Assembly: GCA_964635155.1 (NCBI GenBank)
Contig: CAZWNE010000002.1
Span: 1-44,678 of the forward strand
DNA length: 44,678 nucleotides
Reading direction: 5' to 3'
DNA from: an uncultured Candidatus Saccharibacteria bacterium
GTDB lineage: Bacteria > Patescibacteriota > Minisyncoccia > Minisyncoccales > CAZWNE01
Below are positions 15,639 to 24,688 of this stretch, piece after piece. A program made the translations under genes and the position numbers. Position 1 is the stretch's first letter; the number at the start of each line of letters is the position of its first letter. The notes below the pieces were generated by a model. That model worked only from the letters and a program-made list of their open reading frames with translations, made no database searches and was not told the DNA's origin.

Positions 15639-18404
15639 ATGGACTTAAATTTTCCAAAAATAGAGGAGAAAATATTAAAATTCTGGCAGAAGGATAATAC
15701 TTTCGCCAAGAGCTTAAAGCAAAGGGCAAAAGCCCCCAATTTTGTGTTTTATGAGGGCCCGCCCACGGCTAATGGCCGTCCGGGCATTCATCACGTTCTG
15801 GCCCGCTCTTTCAAAGATATTATCTGCCGTTATAAAACAATGCAGGGTTTTAAGGTTGGAAGGAAAGCGGGCTGGGATACCCAGGGCCTGCCGGTTGAAC
15901 TTGAGGTAGAAAAGAAGCTGGGATTCAAATCCAAGCAGGAGATTGAGGATTACGGCATAGATAAATTTAACAAAGAATGCAAGGCGTCGGTTTGGGAATA
16001 CAAAAAAGAATGGGAAAAATTGACCGAAAGGATCGGATTTTGGCTGGATATGAAAAATCCCTATATAACCTATGAAAACGACTATATGGAAAGCGTCTGG
16101 TGGATAATCAAGCAGATTTGGGACAAAGGTTTGATATATAAAGGACATAAGGTTGTCCCTTATTGCGCCAGATGCGAAACCAATCTGTCCAGCCACGAAG
16201 TCGCTTTGGGATACAAAAATGTTGAAGAAGAATCAATCTATGTAAGGTTTCCGGTTAAAGGTAGGGCCAACACTTATTTTCTGGCCTGGACAACAACTCC
16301 CTGGACCTTGCCGGCTAATGTCGCCGTGGCCGTAAACCCCGGAATCATTTATACAAAAATTAAAACGGGAAGCGAGGTTTTCATTTTAGCCAAAGAAAGA
16401 TTAAATATTCTCGATAAAAAATACGAGGTTCTTGAAGAGGTGAGGGGCAATGCTTTGCTCGGCATAGAATACGAGCCGTTATTTAGTTTTGTAAAACCGG
16501 AGAAAAAAGCTTATTTTATCGTTTCCGGAGATTTTGTTTCGCTTAAAGAAGGGACGGGATTAGTTCATATCGCTCCGGCTTTTGGCGTTGACGACATGGA
16601 AGTCGGCAAGAAAAACAATCTGCCGGTTTTAATGACGGTTGACTTACACGGAAAATTTAAACCGGAAATCAAGCCCTGGGCCGGAATGTTTGTTAAGGAC
16701 GCAGACCAGATGATTATCAATGATTTGAAAGGCAGGAACTTGCTTTTCAAAACCGAACCTCATAGCCACGATTATCCTTTTTGCTGGCGGTGCCAAAGGC
16801 CTCTTTTGTATTACGCCAAAGAAGGTTGGTTTATCGATATGCAGCCTGTCAAGCAAGCATTGATCAAAAACAATCAGAAAATAAATTGGCTACCGAGCCA
16901 TTTAAAAAATGGGAGATTCGGGGAGTGGCTAAACGAAATAAAAGACTGGGCGATGTCCCGGGAAAGATACTGGGGGACTCCTTTGCCCATTTGGCAGTGC
17001 CAAAAGTGCAAGGAAATGATTTGTATCGGAAGCGTTAAAGAGCTGGTCAAAAAGTCGGCCCAGAAAATTAATCTAAAAGATTTGCATAGGCCCTACATAG
17101 ACAAGGTTATTTTAAAATGTGAAAAATGCAAAGGAAAAATGCAAAGGACTTTAGAAATTCTTGACGTCTGGTTTGATTCAGGCTCTATGCCCTTTTCCCA
17201 ATACCATTATCCCTTTGAAAACAAGAACTTGCAGGCAAAGCAATTCCCGGCTGATTATATTTGCGAAGCGATAGATCAGACGAGGGGATGGTTCTATACT
17301 TTGTTAGCTATTTCCACCCTCATTGGTTTTGAATCTCCTTATAAAAACGTCATTTCCGTCGGCCATGTTTTAGATGAAAAAGGGGAAAAAATGTCTAAAT
17401 CAAAAGGCAATGTAGTCAGCTCTTGGGATATGGTGGCAAAGTACGGAGCAGACAGCGTCAGGTGGTATTTTTACACAATTAATCAGCCCGGAGAGCCCAA
17501 GCTTTTCGCCGAGAAAGATTTGGGAAATACTTTGAGAAGATTTATCATGACCCTTTGGAACTGCGTTGTATTTTTCCAAACTTATGCCAAAATCGGCGCA
17601 GATCAGCTTAAAAATCAGCCTAAATCAGCGTCTTTATTAGATAAATGGATTATTTCTAAATTAAACAGCTTAATCCAGCAGGTTACCGAAGGATTGGATA
17701 AGTACGACGTGACAGCTTCGGCCAGAGCCATTGAAAAATTTACAGTTGAAGAATTATCCCTTTGGTATATTCGGAGATCGCGGAAGCGATTTGAAGAAGC
17801 AGCGGGCACTTTATTTTTTGTTCTCCAATCAATTTCAAAACTGACTGCTCCCTTCATTCCATTTTTAAGCGAAGAAATAAACCGGAGATTGGGCGGTAAA
17901 AAAAGCGTTCATCTGGCCGATTGGCCAAAAGCCGATAAAAAATTGGTTGATAAGGAATTGGAAGAAAAAATGGAGAAAGCGAGAGAAATTGTCGCCTTGG
18001 CTTTAGCTGAAAGGGCAAAAGCCGGGATAAAAGTTAGACAGCCGCTTGCTTCGCTATATATAAAAGAGAAATTTGACGCAAAACTGCTGGGATTGATTGA
18101 AGAAGAAATTAATGTTAAAAAAATTATTTTAGGGAAAACCCTAAAATTGGATATAAAAATTACGCCGGAATTAGAGGAGGAGGGGCAGGTTCGGGAAATT
18201 ATCCGCAATATCCAGGAGGCGAGAAAAAAGGCGAATTTAAGACCGCAGGACAAAGTTGAGGCAAGCTATGCGGCCGCGCCCGATTTGGATAAAATAATAA
18301 TAAAGCATAAGAAAGCCATTTTGGCGGAAACAAAATTGAAAGATCTGGTTTTTGATAAAAAAATAACGGTCGACAAGCAAAAGTTATCATTAAAAATTAG
18401 GTGA
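15639..18404 (+). CDS. ileS: Isoleucine--tRNA ligase (type 2-like)
   Basis: PPTANGRPGIHH (HIGH), KMSKSKGN, and DWAMSRERYWGTPLPIW. Confidence 0.95.
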   Translation: MDLNFPKIEEKILKFWQKDNTFAKSLKQRAKAPNFVFYEGPPTANGRPGIHHVLARSFKDIICRYKTMQGFKVGRKAGWDTQGLPVELEVEKKLGFKSKQEIEDYGIDKFNKECKASVWEYKKEWEKLTERIGFWLDMKNPYITYENDYMESVWWIIKQIWDKGLIYKGHKVVPYCARCETNLSSHEVALGYKNVEEESIYVRFPVKGRANTYFLAWTTTPWTLPANVAVAVNPGIIYTKIKTGSEVFILAKERLNILDKKYEVLEEVRGNALLGIEYEPLFSFVKPEKKAYFIVSGDFVSLKEGTGLVHIAPAFGVDDMEVGKKNNLPVLMTVDLHGKFKPEIKPWAGMFVKDADQMIINDLKGRNLLFKTEPHSHDYPFCWRCQRPLLYYAKEGWFIDMQPVKQALIKNNQKINWLPSHLKNGRFGEWLNEIKDWAMSRERYWGTPLPIWQCQKCKEMICIGSVKELVKKSAQKINLKDLHRPYIDKVILKCEKCKGKMQRTLEILDVWFDSGSMPFSQYHYPFENKNLQAKQFPADYICEAIDQTRGWFYTLLAISTLIGFESPYKNVISVGHVLDEKGEKMSKSKGNVVSSWDMVAKYGADSVRWYFYTINQPGEPKLFAEKDLGNTLRRFIMTLWNCVVFFQTYAKIGADQLKNQPKSASLLDKWIISKLNSLIQQVTEGLDKYDVTASARAIEKFTVEELSLWYIRRSRKRFEEAAGTLFFVLQSISKLTAPFIPFLSEEINRRLGGKKSVHLADWPKADKKLVDKELEEKMEKAREIVALALAERAKAGIKVRQPLASLYIKEKFDAKLLGLIEEEINVKKIILGKTLKLDIKITPELEEEGQVREIIRNIQEARKKANLRPQDKVEASYAAAPDLDKIIIKHKKAILAETKLKDLVFDKKITVDKQKLSLKIR

Positions 18405-18408
18405 TAAA

Positions 18409-18720
18409 ATGCAGGATAAAAAACAAGAAATAAAATCTCCCGCTCCCACTGGTCCGATGAAAACTTATGACTTGCAAAGGAGCATACTTTCTACTCCAGC
18501 TAAAAACGAGCTATTCACTAAATATCATATGACGGGTAAAGAAGCCGAAGAATTGGCCGGTAGCTTGAAAAAATACGGTCCCAATCTTGACCCGGAAGAT
18601 ATTCGTGATTTGAAAAAGGGATTAGAGAAAACTATTAGAACTGATCCCGATATTAAGAAAAGGATAGAGGCTACTAATAAGTTGAATATTTTCCAGAAAA
18701 GAGGAGCGATAAAGCCTTGA
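18409..18720 (+). CDS. Hypothetical 103-aa protein
   Basis: Compactly placed between ileS and recO. The stop overlaps the recO ATG (TGATG). No motif recognised. Confidence 0.5.
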   Translation: MQDKKQEIKSPAPTGPMKTYDLQRSILSTPAKNELFTKYHMTGKEAEELAGSLKKYGPNLDPEDIRDLKKGLEKTIRTDPDIKKRIEATNKLNIFQKRGAIKP

Positions 18721-19403
18721 TGTTCATCCACTACCGCACCGAAGGCATTATCATCAAAAAGGAAGAGAAGGGCGAGGCGGATTTGTTGTTCACTGTTTTT
18801 ACAAAAGATTTTGGCAAGATGAAAATTTTAGGAAAATCCGTCCGAAAGATAAGTTCCAAGCTTAGGCCTGCCACCGGCATTTTTTCTTTCTCGGGAATTG
18901 AGTTTATCCAAGGGAAAGCCCAAAAAATCTTGACTGACGCTGTTTTAATCGGTAAATCTCCGGAATTGGCCAAAGATTTAAAAAAATTAAGGATTGCCCA
19001 TAAAATAGCTGAAGTTCTGGACAAATTGATAAAAGGGCAGGAATACGACGAAGAAATCTGGAAACTTTTGACCAAAACGTTCCAAAAATTAGGCAGCCCT
19101 TTAATTTTTCATTATTTTTTTTGGAATCTTATTGCCATCTTGGGATATCAGCCTGAATTGTATCATTGCGTTTATTGCCATAAAAAGATAGCCCAGGAAA
19201 AAAATTATTTCAGCCGAAAGGAGGGAGGCATCATTTGTCAAAAATGCTCTTTAGGGAATAATCTGGAGCTGGAAATTAAGCCGGAAACGATAAAAATTTT
19301 AAGAATTATTTTAAAAAAAGACTGGGCCACTTTATTAAAATTGAAATTTGAGGCACAATACTTAAAAGAGCTTTCTTCATGCGCAAAATTACAATTTATT
19401 TAA
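18720..19403 (+). CDS. recO: DNA repair protein RecO
   Basis: N-terminal OB-fold pattern (GIIIKKEEKGEADLLFTVFTKDFGKMKILGKSVRK) and the zinc motif CVYC..x..CQKC. Confidence 0.85.
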   Translation: MFIHYRTEGIIIKKEEKGEADLLFTVFTKDFGKMKILGKSVRKISSKLRPATGIFSFSGIEFIQGKAQKILTDAVLIGKSPELAKDLKKLRIAHKIAEVLDKLIKGQEYDEEIWKLLTKTFQKLGSPLIFHYFFWNLIAILGYQPELYHCVYCHKKIAQEKNYFSRKEGGIICQKCSLGNNLELEIKPETIKILRIILKKDWATLLKLKFEAQYLKELSSCAKLQFI

Positions 19404-21043
19404 TAATATTAGCGGTTGTCGGAGGAGGTTTGGGTTTTTGGAATTATCAAAGAAATACTTATTCTAAAGAAGTTTTGAAATTGGAGATTTTAGGGCCGAG
19501 AGAGGTGACCTTGGGCGATAATTCAGAATACACTGTTAAATATAAAAACAATGGTAATTTCCGATTGGATGATCCGGAGTTGATTTTCGAACCGCCCGCC
19601 CACTCTCTTTCAGACGGCCAGGTTTTTGAAAGGCAGATTTTAAGCAGGGAAAAACTGGGAGAGGCGATTTATCCCGGCGAGGAAAAGGCGTTTACTTTCC
19701 AAATGCGGCTTTTGGGCAAAGAAGGGGAGGTCTTAACCGCCAAAGCCACTTTATCTTATCGGCCGAAGGATTTAAAGGCGAGATACGAATCATCGACTAC
19801 TTTTACTACCAGCATAAAATCAGTTCCCCTGACTTTGGAATTCGATATGCCGGTTAAAACCGAGTCCGGTCGGTATTTTAATTTTAAATTGAATTATTTT
19901 TCAAATATAAATTACCTTTTGACTGATTTAAGGGTGCAATTGGAATATCCTGCCGATTTTGAATTTTCATATTCGTCTCCGAAATCTTTAGATAAAACCG
20001 AATGGGATATTCCGATTTTAAATAAATCGCAAGGAGGGAGAATTGAAGTTTCGGGCAAGGTTGCCGGAGATTTGGGTTCGGCTAAAATTTTTAAAGCGAA
20101 ACTGGGTATTTGGAAAAATGGAGAGTTTGTACTTTTGAAAGAAGCTGAAGCTGGAGTGGAAATTACCAAGGTCTCGGTCTTTCTGCGCCAGGAGATTAAC
20201 GGCAATCCCAAATATGCGGCCCTGCCCGGCGATTGGCTGCATTATGAAATTTTTTTCAAAAATATCGGAGACGACGCTTTGACTAATTTATTTATTGTTA
20301 ATAAGCTGGAGGGCGAGGCGTTTGATTTTAATACGACTAAATCCGATTCGGGGATTTTTAAATCGGGAGATAATTCAATTGTTTTTGACTGGAAAAAAGT
20401 CAGAGATCTTCAATATCTCGCCCCGACCCAGGAGGGTAAAGTTGATTTTTGGATAAGAGTGAAAGATGATTTGGGCAATGTTAATAATCCGGTTTTGAGA
20501 AACAAGGTTTTTGCCTCGCAGGTTGAAGAAGAATTTGTAACTAAAATCGGCTCTAAAATAGAAGTAATTCAGAAAGGCTTTTACCAAGATGAAGTTTTCG
20601 GCAATGTGGGCCCTATCCCGCCAAGGGCCGGAGAGACGACCACTTATACTATTTTTTGGCAGGCAAGAAATTATTATTCAAACGTTAAAGATGCCAAAAT
20701 AAAAGCTACTTTGCCTCAGGGGGTTGAATTAACTGGAAGAATTTTCCCGGAAGAGGAAGCACAAAAATTTGCCCTTGACTCCGAATCGCGGGAAATCGTC
20801 TGGTCCCTGGGAGACCTGGAGCGCGGCCGAGGAATTCTTAATCTTCCGCCCAATCTTTCTTTCCAGGTCGCTTTTACTCCTACTGGCTTTCAAAGAGGTC
20901 AAACCCCGAATATTATCGGCCGGGCCAATATTTCCGGCCAAGATACTTGGACCGAATCTGCTTTGGAAAATACTGCCCCATCTATTAATACCACTTTGCC
21001 CGACGATAAAACTATTACCCCGGCTTTCGGAGTAGTGCAATAA
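19379..21043 (+). CDS. Membrane-anchored extracytoplasmic protein with repeated beta-sandwich (CARDB/DUF11-like) segments
   Basis: N-terminal TM (ITIYLIILAVVGGGLGFW). Segments such as YTVKYKNNG, YEIFFKNIGDDALTN and TTYTIFWQARN recur. Confidence 0.6.
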   Translation: MRKITIYLIILAVVGGGLGFWNYQRNTYSKEVLKLEILGPREVTLGDNSEYTVKYKNNGNFRLDDPELIFEPPAHSLSDGQVFERQILSREKLGEAIYPGEEKAFTFQMRLLGKEGEVLTAKATLSYRPKDLKARYESSTTFTTSIKSVPLTLEFDMPVKTESGRYFNFKLNYFSNINYLLTDLRVQLEYPADFEFSYSSPKSLDKTEWDIPILNKSQGGRIEVSGKVAGDLGSAKIFKAKLGIWKNGEFVLLKEAEAGVEITKVSVFLRQEINGNPKYAALPGDWLHYEIFFKNIGDDALTNLFIVNKLEGEAFDFNTTKSDSGIFKSGDNSIVFDWKKVRDLQYLAPTQEGKVDFWIRVKDDLGNVNNPVLRNKVFASQVEEEFVTKIGSKIEVIQKGFYQDEVFGNVGPIPPRAGETTTYTIFWQARNYYSNVKDAKIKATLPQGVELTGRIFPEEEAQKFALDSESREIVWSLGDLERGRGILNLPPNLSFQVAFTPTGFQRGQTPNIIGRANISGQDTWTESALENTAPSINTTLPDDKTITPAFGVVQ

Positions 21044-21052
21044 AATTTAGGC

Positions 21053-21076
21053 GATGAAGTAGCGACTTCATCTTTA
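21053..21076 (+). terminator. Hairpin terminator GATGAAGT-AGCG-ACTTCATC
   Basis: 8-bp stem followed by TTTATCTGCGTTTTT. The same hairpin family recurs at 35809. Confidence 0.5.
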
Positions 21077-21104
21077 TCTGCGTTTTTAATAAATTAAAAA
21101 CTTG

Positions 21105-22367
21105 ATGGAAAATTTAATGGACAAAATAATATCTTTATGCAAGCGAAGGGGTTTTATTTTTCCGGGCTCGGAAATTTACGGCGGCCTGGCTAATTCCTGG
21201 GATTACGGTCCCTTGGGAACGGAACTGAAAAATAACATCAAGCAGCTTTGGTGGAAAAAATTTGTGCAAAGCCGGGACGATATGGTCGGGATAGACGCCT
21301 CGCTTATTATGAATCCCAAGGTTTGGGAATCGTCGGGCCACTTGAAAGAGTTTAGCGACCCGTTGATTGAGTGTAAGAAATGCCACTCAAGATTCAGGGA
21401 AGATTTTTTAGCGAGGAAAGAATGCCCGGATTGCAGGGGGAAAGAATTTACTTCAGCAAAACAGTTTAATTTGTTATTTAAAACGTTCATCGGCCCGGCG
21501 GAAGAAAAAAACAATGTCGCCTATTTTCGGCCCGAGACTGCCCAGGCCATGTTCGTTGATTTTAAAAACGTTTTAGATACTTCCCGCAAGACCTTGCCTT
21601 TTGGCATCGCCCAAATTGGCAAGGCGTTCAGGAATGAAATTACGCCCGGCAATTTTATTTTTAGGACCAGGGAGTTTGAACAAATGGAAATAGAATATTT
21701 TATCCGCGAAGAAGATTGGAAAAAATATTTTGAATACTGGCGAAAAGAAATAATGGATTGGATCGAGGATTTGGGGGTTGATGTCAAAAATGTCCATGAA
21801 TCTGAAATCCCGGATAAAGAAAGGGCCCATTACTCCAAAAGAACAATAGATTTTAACTATGATTTTCCTTTCGGCGAAAAAGAATTATACGGCTTGGCTT
21901 ACCGCACCGATTTTGATTTGAAAAATCATTTTAAAGAGCCACCTTACAAAGAGGAGGGAGTTGAGGCGTTCTACCCGCACGTGATTGAGCCGACTTGGGG
22001 AGTTGACCGTTCGGTTTTAGTCGCGCTCTTGGAAGCATATAAGGAAGAGGATAAAAGAATTGTTTTGAAGCTTCCTATAAAGCTTGCTCCCTATAAGGCC
22101 GCTGTGTTTCCGCTTTTGGCCAATAAGCCAGAGTTAGTGAAAATGGCAAGAACAATTTATGATGATTTGAGAAAAAATTTTATGGTTGCCTGGGATGACC
22201 GGGGAAATATAGGAAAACGTTACTTCAGCCAAGATGAAATCGGCACGCCCTATTGTATTACCGTTGATTTCGACAGCTTGGAAAAAAACGACGTTACAAT
22301 TCGCGATCGCGACACCATGAAGCAAGAAAGAGTAAAAATTGCGGACTTGTTAAATGTTCTGAAATAA
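21105..22367 (+). CDS. glyQS: Glycine--tRNA ligase (alpha2 type)
   Basis: CKRRGFIFPGSEIYGG..NSWDYGPLG and class II motifs (FRNEITP). The ATG at 21105 is preferred over the TTG at 21102. Confidence 0.95.
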   Translation: MENLMDKIISLCKRRGFIFPGSEIYGGLANSWDYGPLGTELKNNIKQLWWKKFVQSRDDMVGIDASLIMNPKVWESSGHLKEFSDPLIECKKCHSRFREDFLARKECPDCRGKEFTSAKQFNLLFKTFIGPAEEKNNVAYFRPETAQAMFVDFKNVLDTSRKTLPFGIAQIGKAFRNEITPGNFIFRTREFEQMEIEYFIREEDWKKYFEYWRKEIMDWIEDLGVDVKNVHESEIPDKERAHYSKRTIDFNYDFPFGEKELYGLAYRTDFDLKNHFKEPPYKEEGVEAFYPHVIEPTWGVDRSVLVALLEAYKEEDKRIVLKLPIKLAPYKAAVFPLLANKPELVKMARTIYDDLRKNFMVAWDDRGNIGKRYFSQDEIGTPYCITVDFDSLEKNDVTIRDRDTMKQERVKIADLLNVLK

Positions 22368-22416
22368 AGAACTAAATAAAAAGTAAAAGACGTTAGATAC
22401 CTAGCATTTACTACCA

Positions 22417-22446
22417 TTGACAAGTCCATAATCTGCATGTTATAAT
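22417..22446 (+). promoter_or_regulatory. Consensus sigma70 promoter (TTGACA-N18-TATAAT)
   Basis: Both hexamers match consensus perfectly. An AGGAGG at 22454-22459 and an ATG at 22468 follow. Confidence 0.6.
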
Positions 22447-22467
22447 GTTTATTAGGAGGTATAAGAA

Positions 22468-22605
22468 ATGATTTTCTTGTTTGCTCTTTTAGAAGGTGTT
22501 CTAGTTGGGTTTTTTGTGTGGTTGGGTTCTTCTAATCTTTATTTTGGAGTTGCGGCCTTCAGTTTCACCTATTCCCTTTTAGCACAAATACAGATTAGTA
22601 GATAA
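22468..22605 (+). CDS. 45-aa hydrophobic small protein (below the ORF-track size cutoff)
   Basis: MIFLFALLEGVLVGFFVWLGSSNLYFGVAAFSFTYSLLAQIQISR. AGGAGG lies 8 nt upstream, with a consensus promoter and a downstream terminator. Confidence 0.5.
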   Translation: MIFLFALLEGVLVGFFVWLGSSNLYFGVAAFSFTYSLLAQIQISR

Positions 22606-22630
22606 TTTTGCGCAATAAAGTAGCAGGGAT

Positions 22631-22667
22631 ACCGGTTGCCTAAAAAAGACAGCCGGTTTTTATTTTG
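22631..22667 (+). terminator. Intrinsic terminator
   Basis: ACCGGTTG-loop-CAGCCGGT followed by TTTTTATTTT. Confidence 0.55.
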
Positions 22668-22737
22668 AAAAACTGAATTTTTTGATATAATAAATAAATT
22701 AGTATTTGCTCAGCGGCTATTGACAGCTATATCTTAT

Positions 22738-23118
22738 ATGATATATAATGATGATATAACAAAATATAAGGTAAAGTTTTATAAAGATATTAAAACTAAT
22801 TGTAGCCCGGTTTTAGAATATATCAAGAGATTAACCGAAAAAGAAGCGTCAAAAATATTAAAATATATTGAATTTTTGAGAATAAGCAAGGGATATTTAG
22901 ATGAACCTTATTCTCGGTATATCAAAGGGAAAATTAGAGAGCTGAGGGTTGATTTTGCCGGGAATAAACACAGGATTTTTTATTTTGCATTTGTTAAAAA
23001 GACCGTAGTTTTACTTCACGTTTTCTTAAAAAAGACAGCAAAAACGCCAATCGTTGAAATTAAAAAAGCAGAAGAAAATTATTATAACGTTTTAATTAAT
23101 CCAAAAATATATGAATAA
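22738..23118 (+). CDS. HigB/Gp49-like (RelE superfamily) type II toxin
   Basis: VKFYKD...PVLEYIKRL...IRELRVDFAGNKHRIFYFAF...VVLLHVFLKKT..TP. The start could instead be the TTG at 22720. Confidence 0.75.
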   Translation: MIYNDDITKYKVKFYKDIKTNCSPVLEYIKRLTEKEASKILKYIEFLRISKGYLDEPYSRYIKGKIRELRVDFAGNKHRIFYFAFVKKTVVLLHVFLKKTAKTPIVEIKKAEENYYNVLINPKIYE

Positions 23119-23413
23119 AGTAAAAAAGATTCAAAGAGCGGTGGATTTTCAAGAATATCTTTCTGAGGAATTAAAAAATCCTAAATTCAAGAAATATTAT
23201 GACGAATACGGCAAGCAATTAGAGATTGCTTACCAAATTTTGCAATTAAGAAAGAAAAAGGGAATATCTCAAACGGAGTTAGCTAAGAAAATAGGCACCA
23301 GACAAAGCAATATCGCCAGAATGGAATCGGGCCAGCAAAATTTTACTACTGATACTCTCCAAAAGATTGCCTCGGTTTTTAAGCGCAACCTTAAAATAGA
23401 ATTTGTTAAATAA
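23111..23413 (+). CDS. XRE-family HTH antitoxin (HigA-like)
   Basis: KKGISQTELAKKIGTRQSNIARMESG is an HTH. The toxin-first gene order and an 8-nt overlap with the toxin also fit. Confidence 0.8.
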   Translation: MNKVKKIQRAVDFQEYLSEELKNPKFKKYYDEYGKQLEIAYQILQLRKKKGISQTELAKKIGTRQSNIARMESGQQNFTTDTLQKIASVFKRNLKIEFVK

Positions 23414-24684
23414 TGTTCCGCAAAACTACTCTCAAAAACGGGTTGAGGATTATTACGGTGCCGCAGAATAATACGGAAACGGTGACGGTTTTAGTTTTGG
23501 CCGGCACGGGCTCAAAATACGAAACCAAGGAAATGTCGGGCATTTCCCATTTTTTGGAGCACTTGTTTTTTAAGGGCACGAAAAAACAGACTTCTCCCAG
23601 AATTCTCGCCGAAACGTTGGATAAGGTCGGCGGAATTTACAACGCCTTCACTTCCGAAGAATGTACTGGGTTTTTCGCCAAAGTCGAAGCGTCGCACTTT
23701 GAATTGGCCCTGGATTGGGTGTCGGATATTTTTTTGAATTCTCTGCTGCCGGAAAAAGAAATTGAGAAAGAAAAAGGGGTGGTTATCGAAGAAATAAATA
23801 TGTACCGCGACCATCCAATGAACTATATTCATACCTTATGGACGAAACTTTTGTACGGCGACCAGCCAGCTGGCTGGGATGTGGCGGGGAGCAAAGAAAC
23901 GGTTTTAAAAATTACCCGCCAAAATCTTATAGATTATGTTCAAAACCATTACACCGCTTCCAATACTGTTATTTGTATCGCTGGCAAGATTGAAGAATCA
24001 AACGGGTTGGCCTTGGCCGAAAAATATTTTTCAAAAATAAATACCGCCCAAGCTTTGGGTAAACTTAAAGTTGTTGAAGGGCAAAATAGGCCGGAATGCT
24101 TGATCTATTATAAAAAGACCGATCAGACCCATTTTTGTCTGGGAGTCAGAGGATATAATCTTTCCCATCCTCAAAAATACAGCCAGGAACTGCTGGCGAC
24201 GATTTTGGGGGCCGGAGGGATGATGAGCAACAGACTTTTTACCGAACTAAGGGAAAAATTAGGGCTGGCTTACTATGTTAGAACAGAAGCCGATGCCAAT
24301 CCCGATACCGGCTTTTTAGTCACTAATGCGGGCGTGGACAACACAAGGGTAGAGAAAAGCATTTTAACTATTTTGAAAGAATACAAAAAAATTTCCCAGA
24401 TAAAGGTTCCCCTAGGGGAGCTGAAAAAAGCCAAAGACAATATCAAAGGGAAAATGGCTATTTATCTGGAGACCTCCGACTCTCAATCATCTTTTTACGG
24501 TCTTCAGGAAATTTTGGAAAGGAAAATTTTAACCCCGAAAGAACTCTTTAAAAGAATTGATAAAGTTTCTCAAAATGATATTCTGAAAGTAGCTAAAGAT
24601 ATTTTCCGTCCGGAAAGGTTGAACTTAGCTCTCATTGGTCCCTTTGGAGACAAGGCAAAATTCGAAAAACTGTTAAAGTTTTAA
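23413..24684 (+). CDS. M16-family (insulinase-like) zinc peptidase
   Basis: HFLEHLFFKGT is an inverted HxxEH zinc motif. Confidence 0.85.
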   Translation: MFRKTTLKNGLRIITVPQNNTETVTVLVLAGTGSKYETKEMSGISHFLEHLFFKGTKKQTSPRILAETLDKVGGIYNAFTSEECTGFFAKVEASHFELALDWVSDIFLNSLLPEKEIEKEKGVVIEEINMYRDHPMNYIHTLWTKLLYGDQPAGWDVAGSKETVLKITRQNLIDYVQNHYTASNTVICIAGKIEESNGLALAEKYFSKINTAQALGKLKVVEGQNRPECLIYYKKTDQTHFCLGVRGYNLSHPQKYSQELLATILGAGGMMSNRLFTELREKLGLAYYVRTEADANPDTGFLVTNAGVDNTRVEKSILTILKEYKKISQIKVPLGELKKAKDNIKGKMAIYLETSDSQSSFYGLQEILERKILTPKELFKRIDKVSQNDILKVAKDIFRPERLNLALIGPFGDKAKFEKLLKF

Positions 24685-24688
24685 GTGT

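Noticed and set aside
15714-16196. 160-aa minus-strand ORF
   Set aside because: It is antisense to the ileS HIGH region and has no motifs. It is a shadow ORF.
22720-22749. Perfect TTGACA-N18-TATAAT as the main promoter of the HigB-like toxin
   Set aside because: Transcription from it would start downstream of the only in-frame start codons (22720 TTG, 22738 ATG). It is kept only as a possible operator or internal-promoter feature, not as the toxin promoter.
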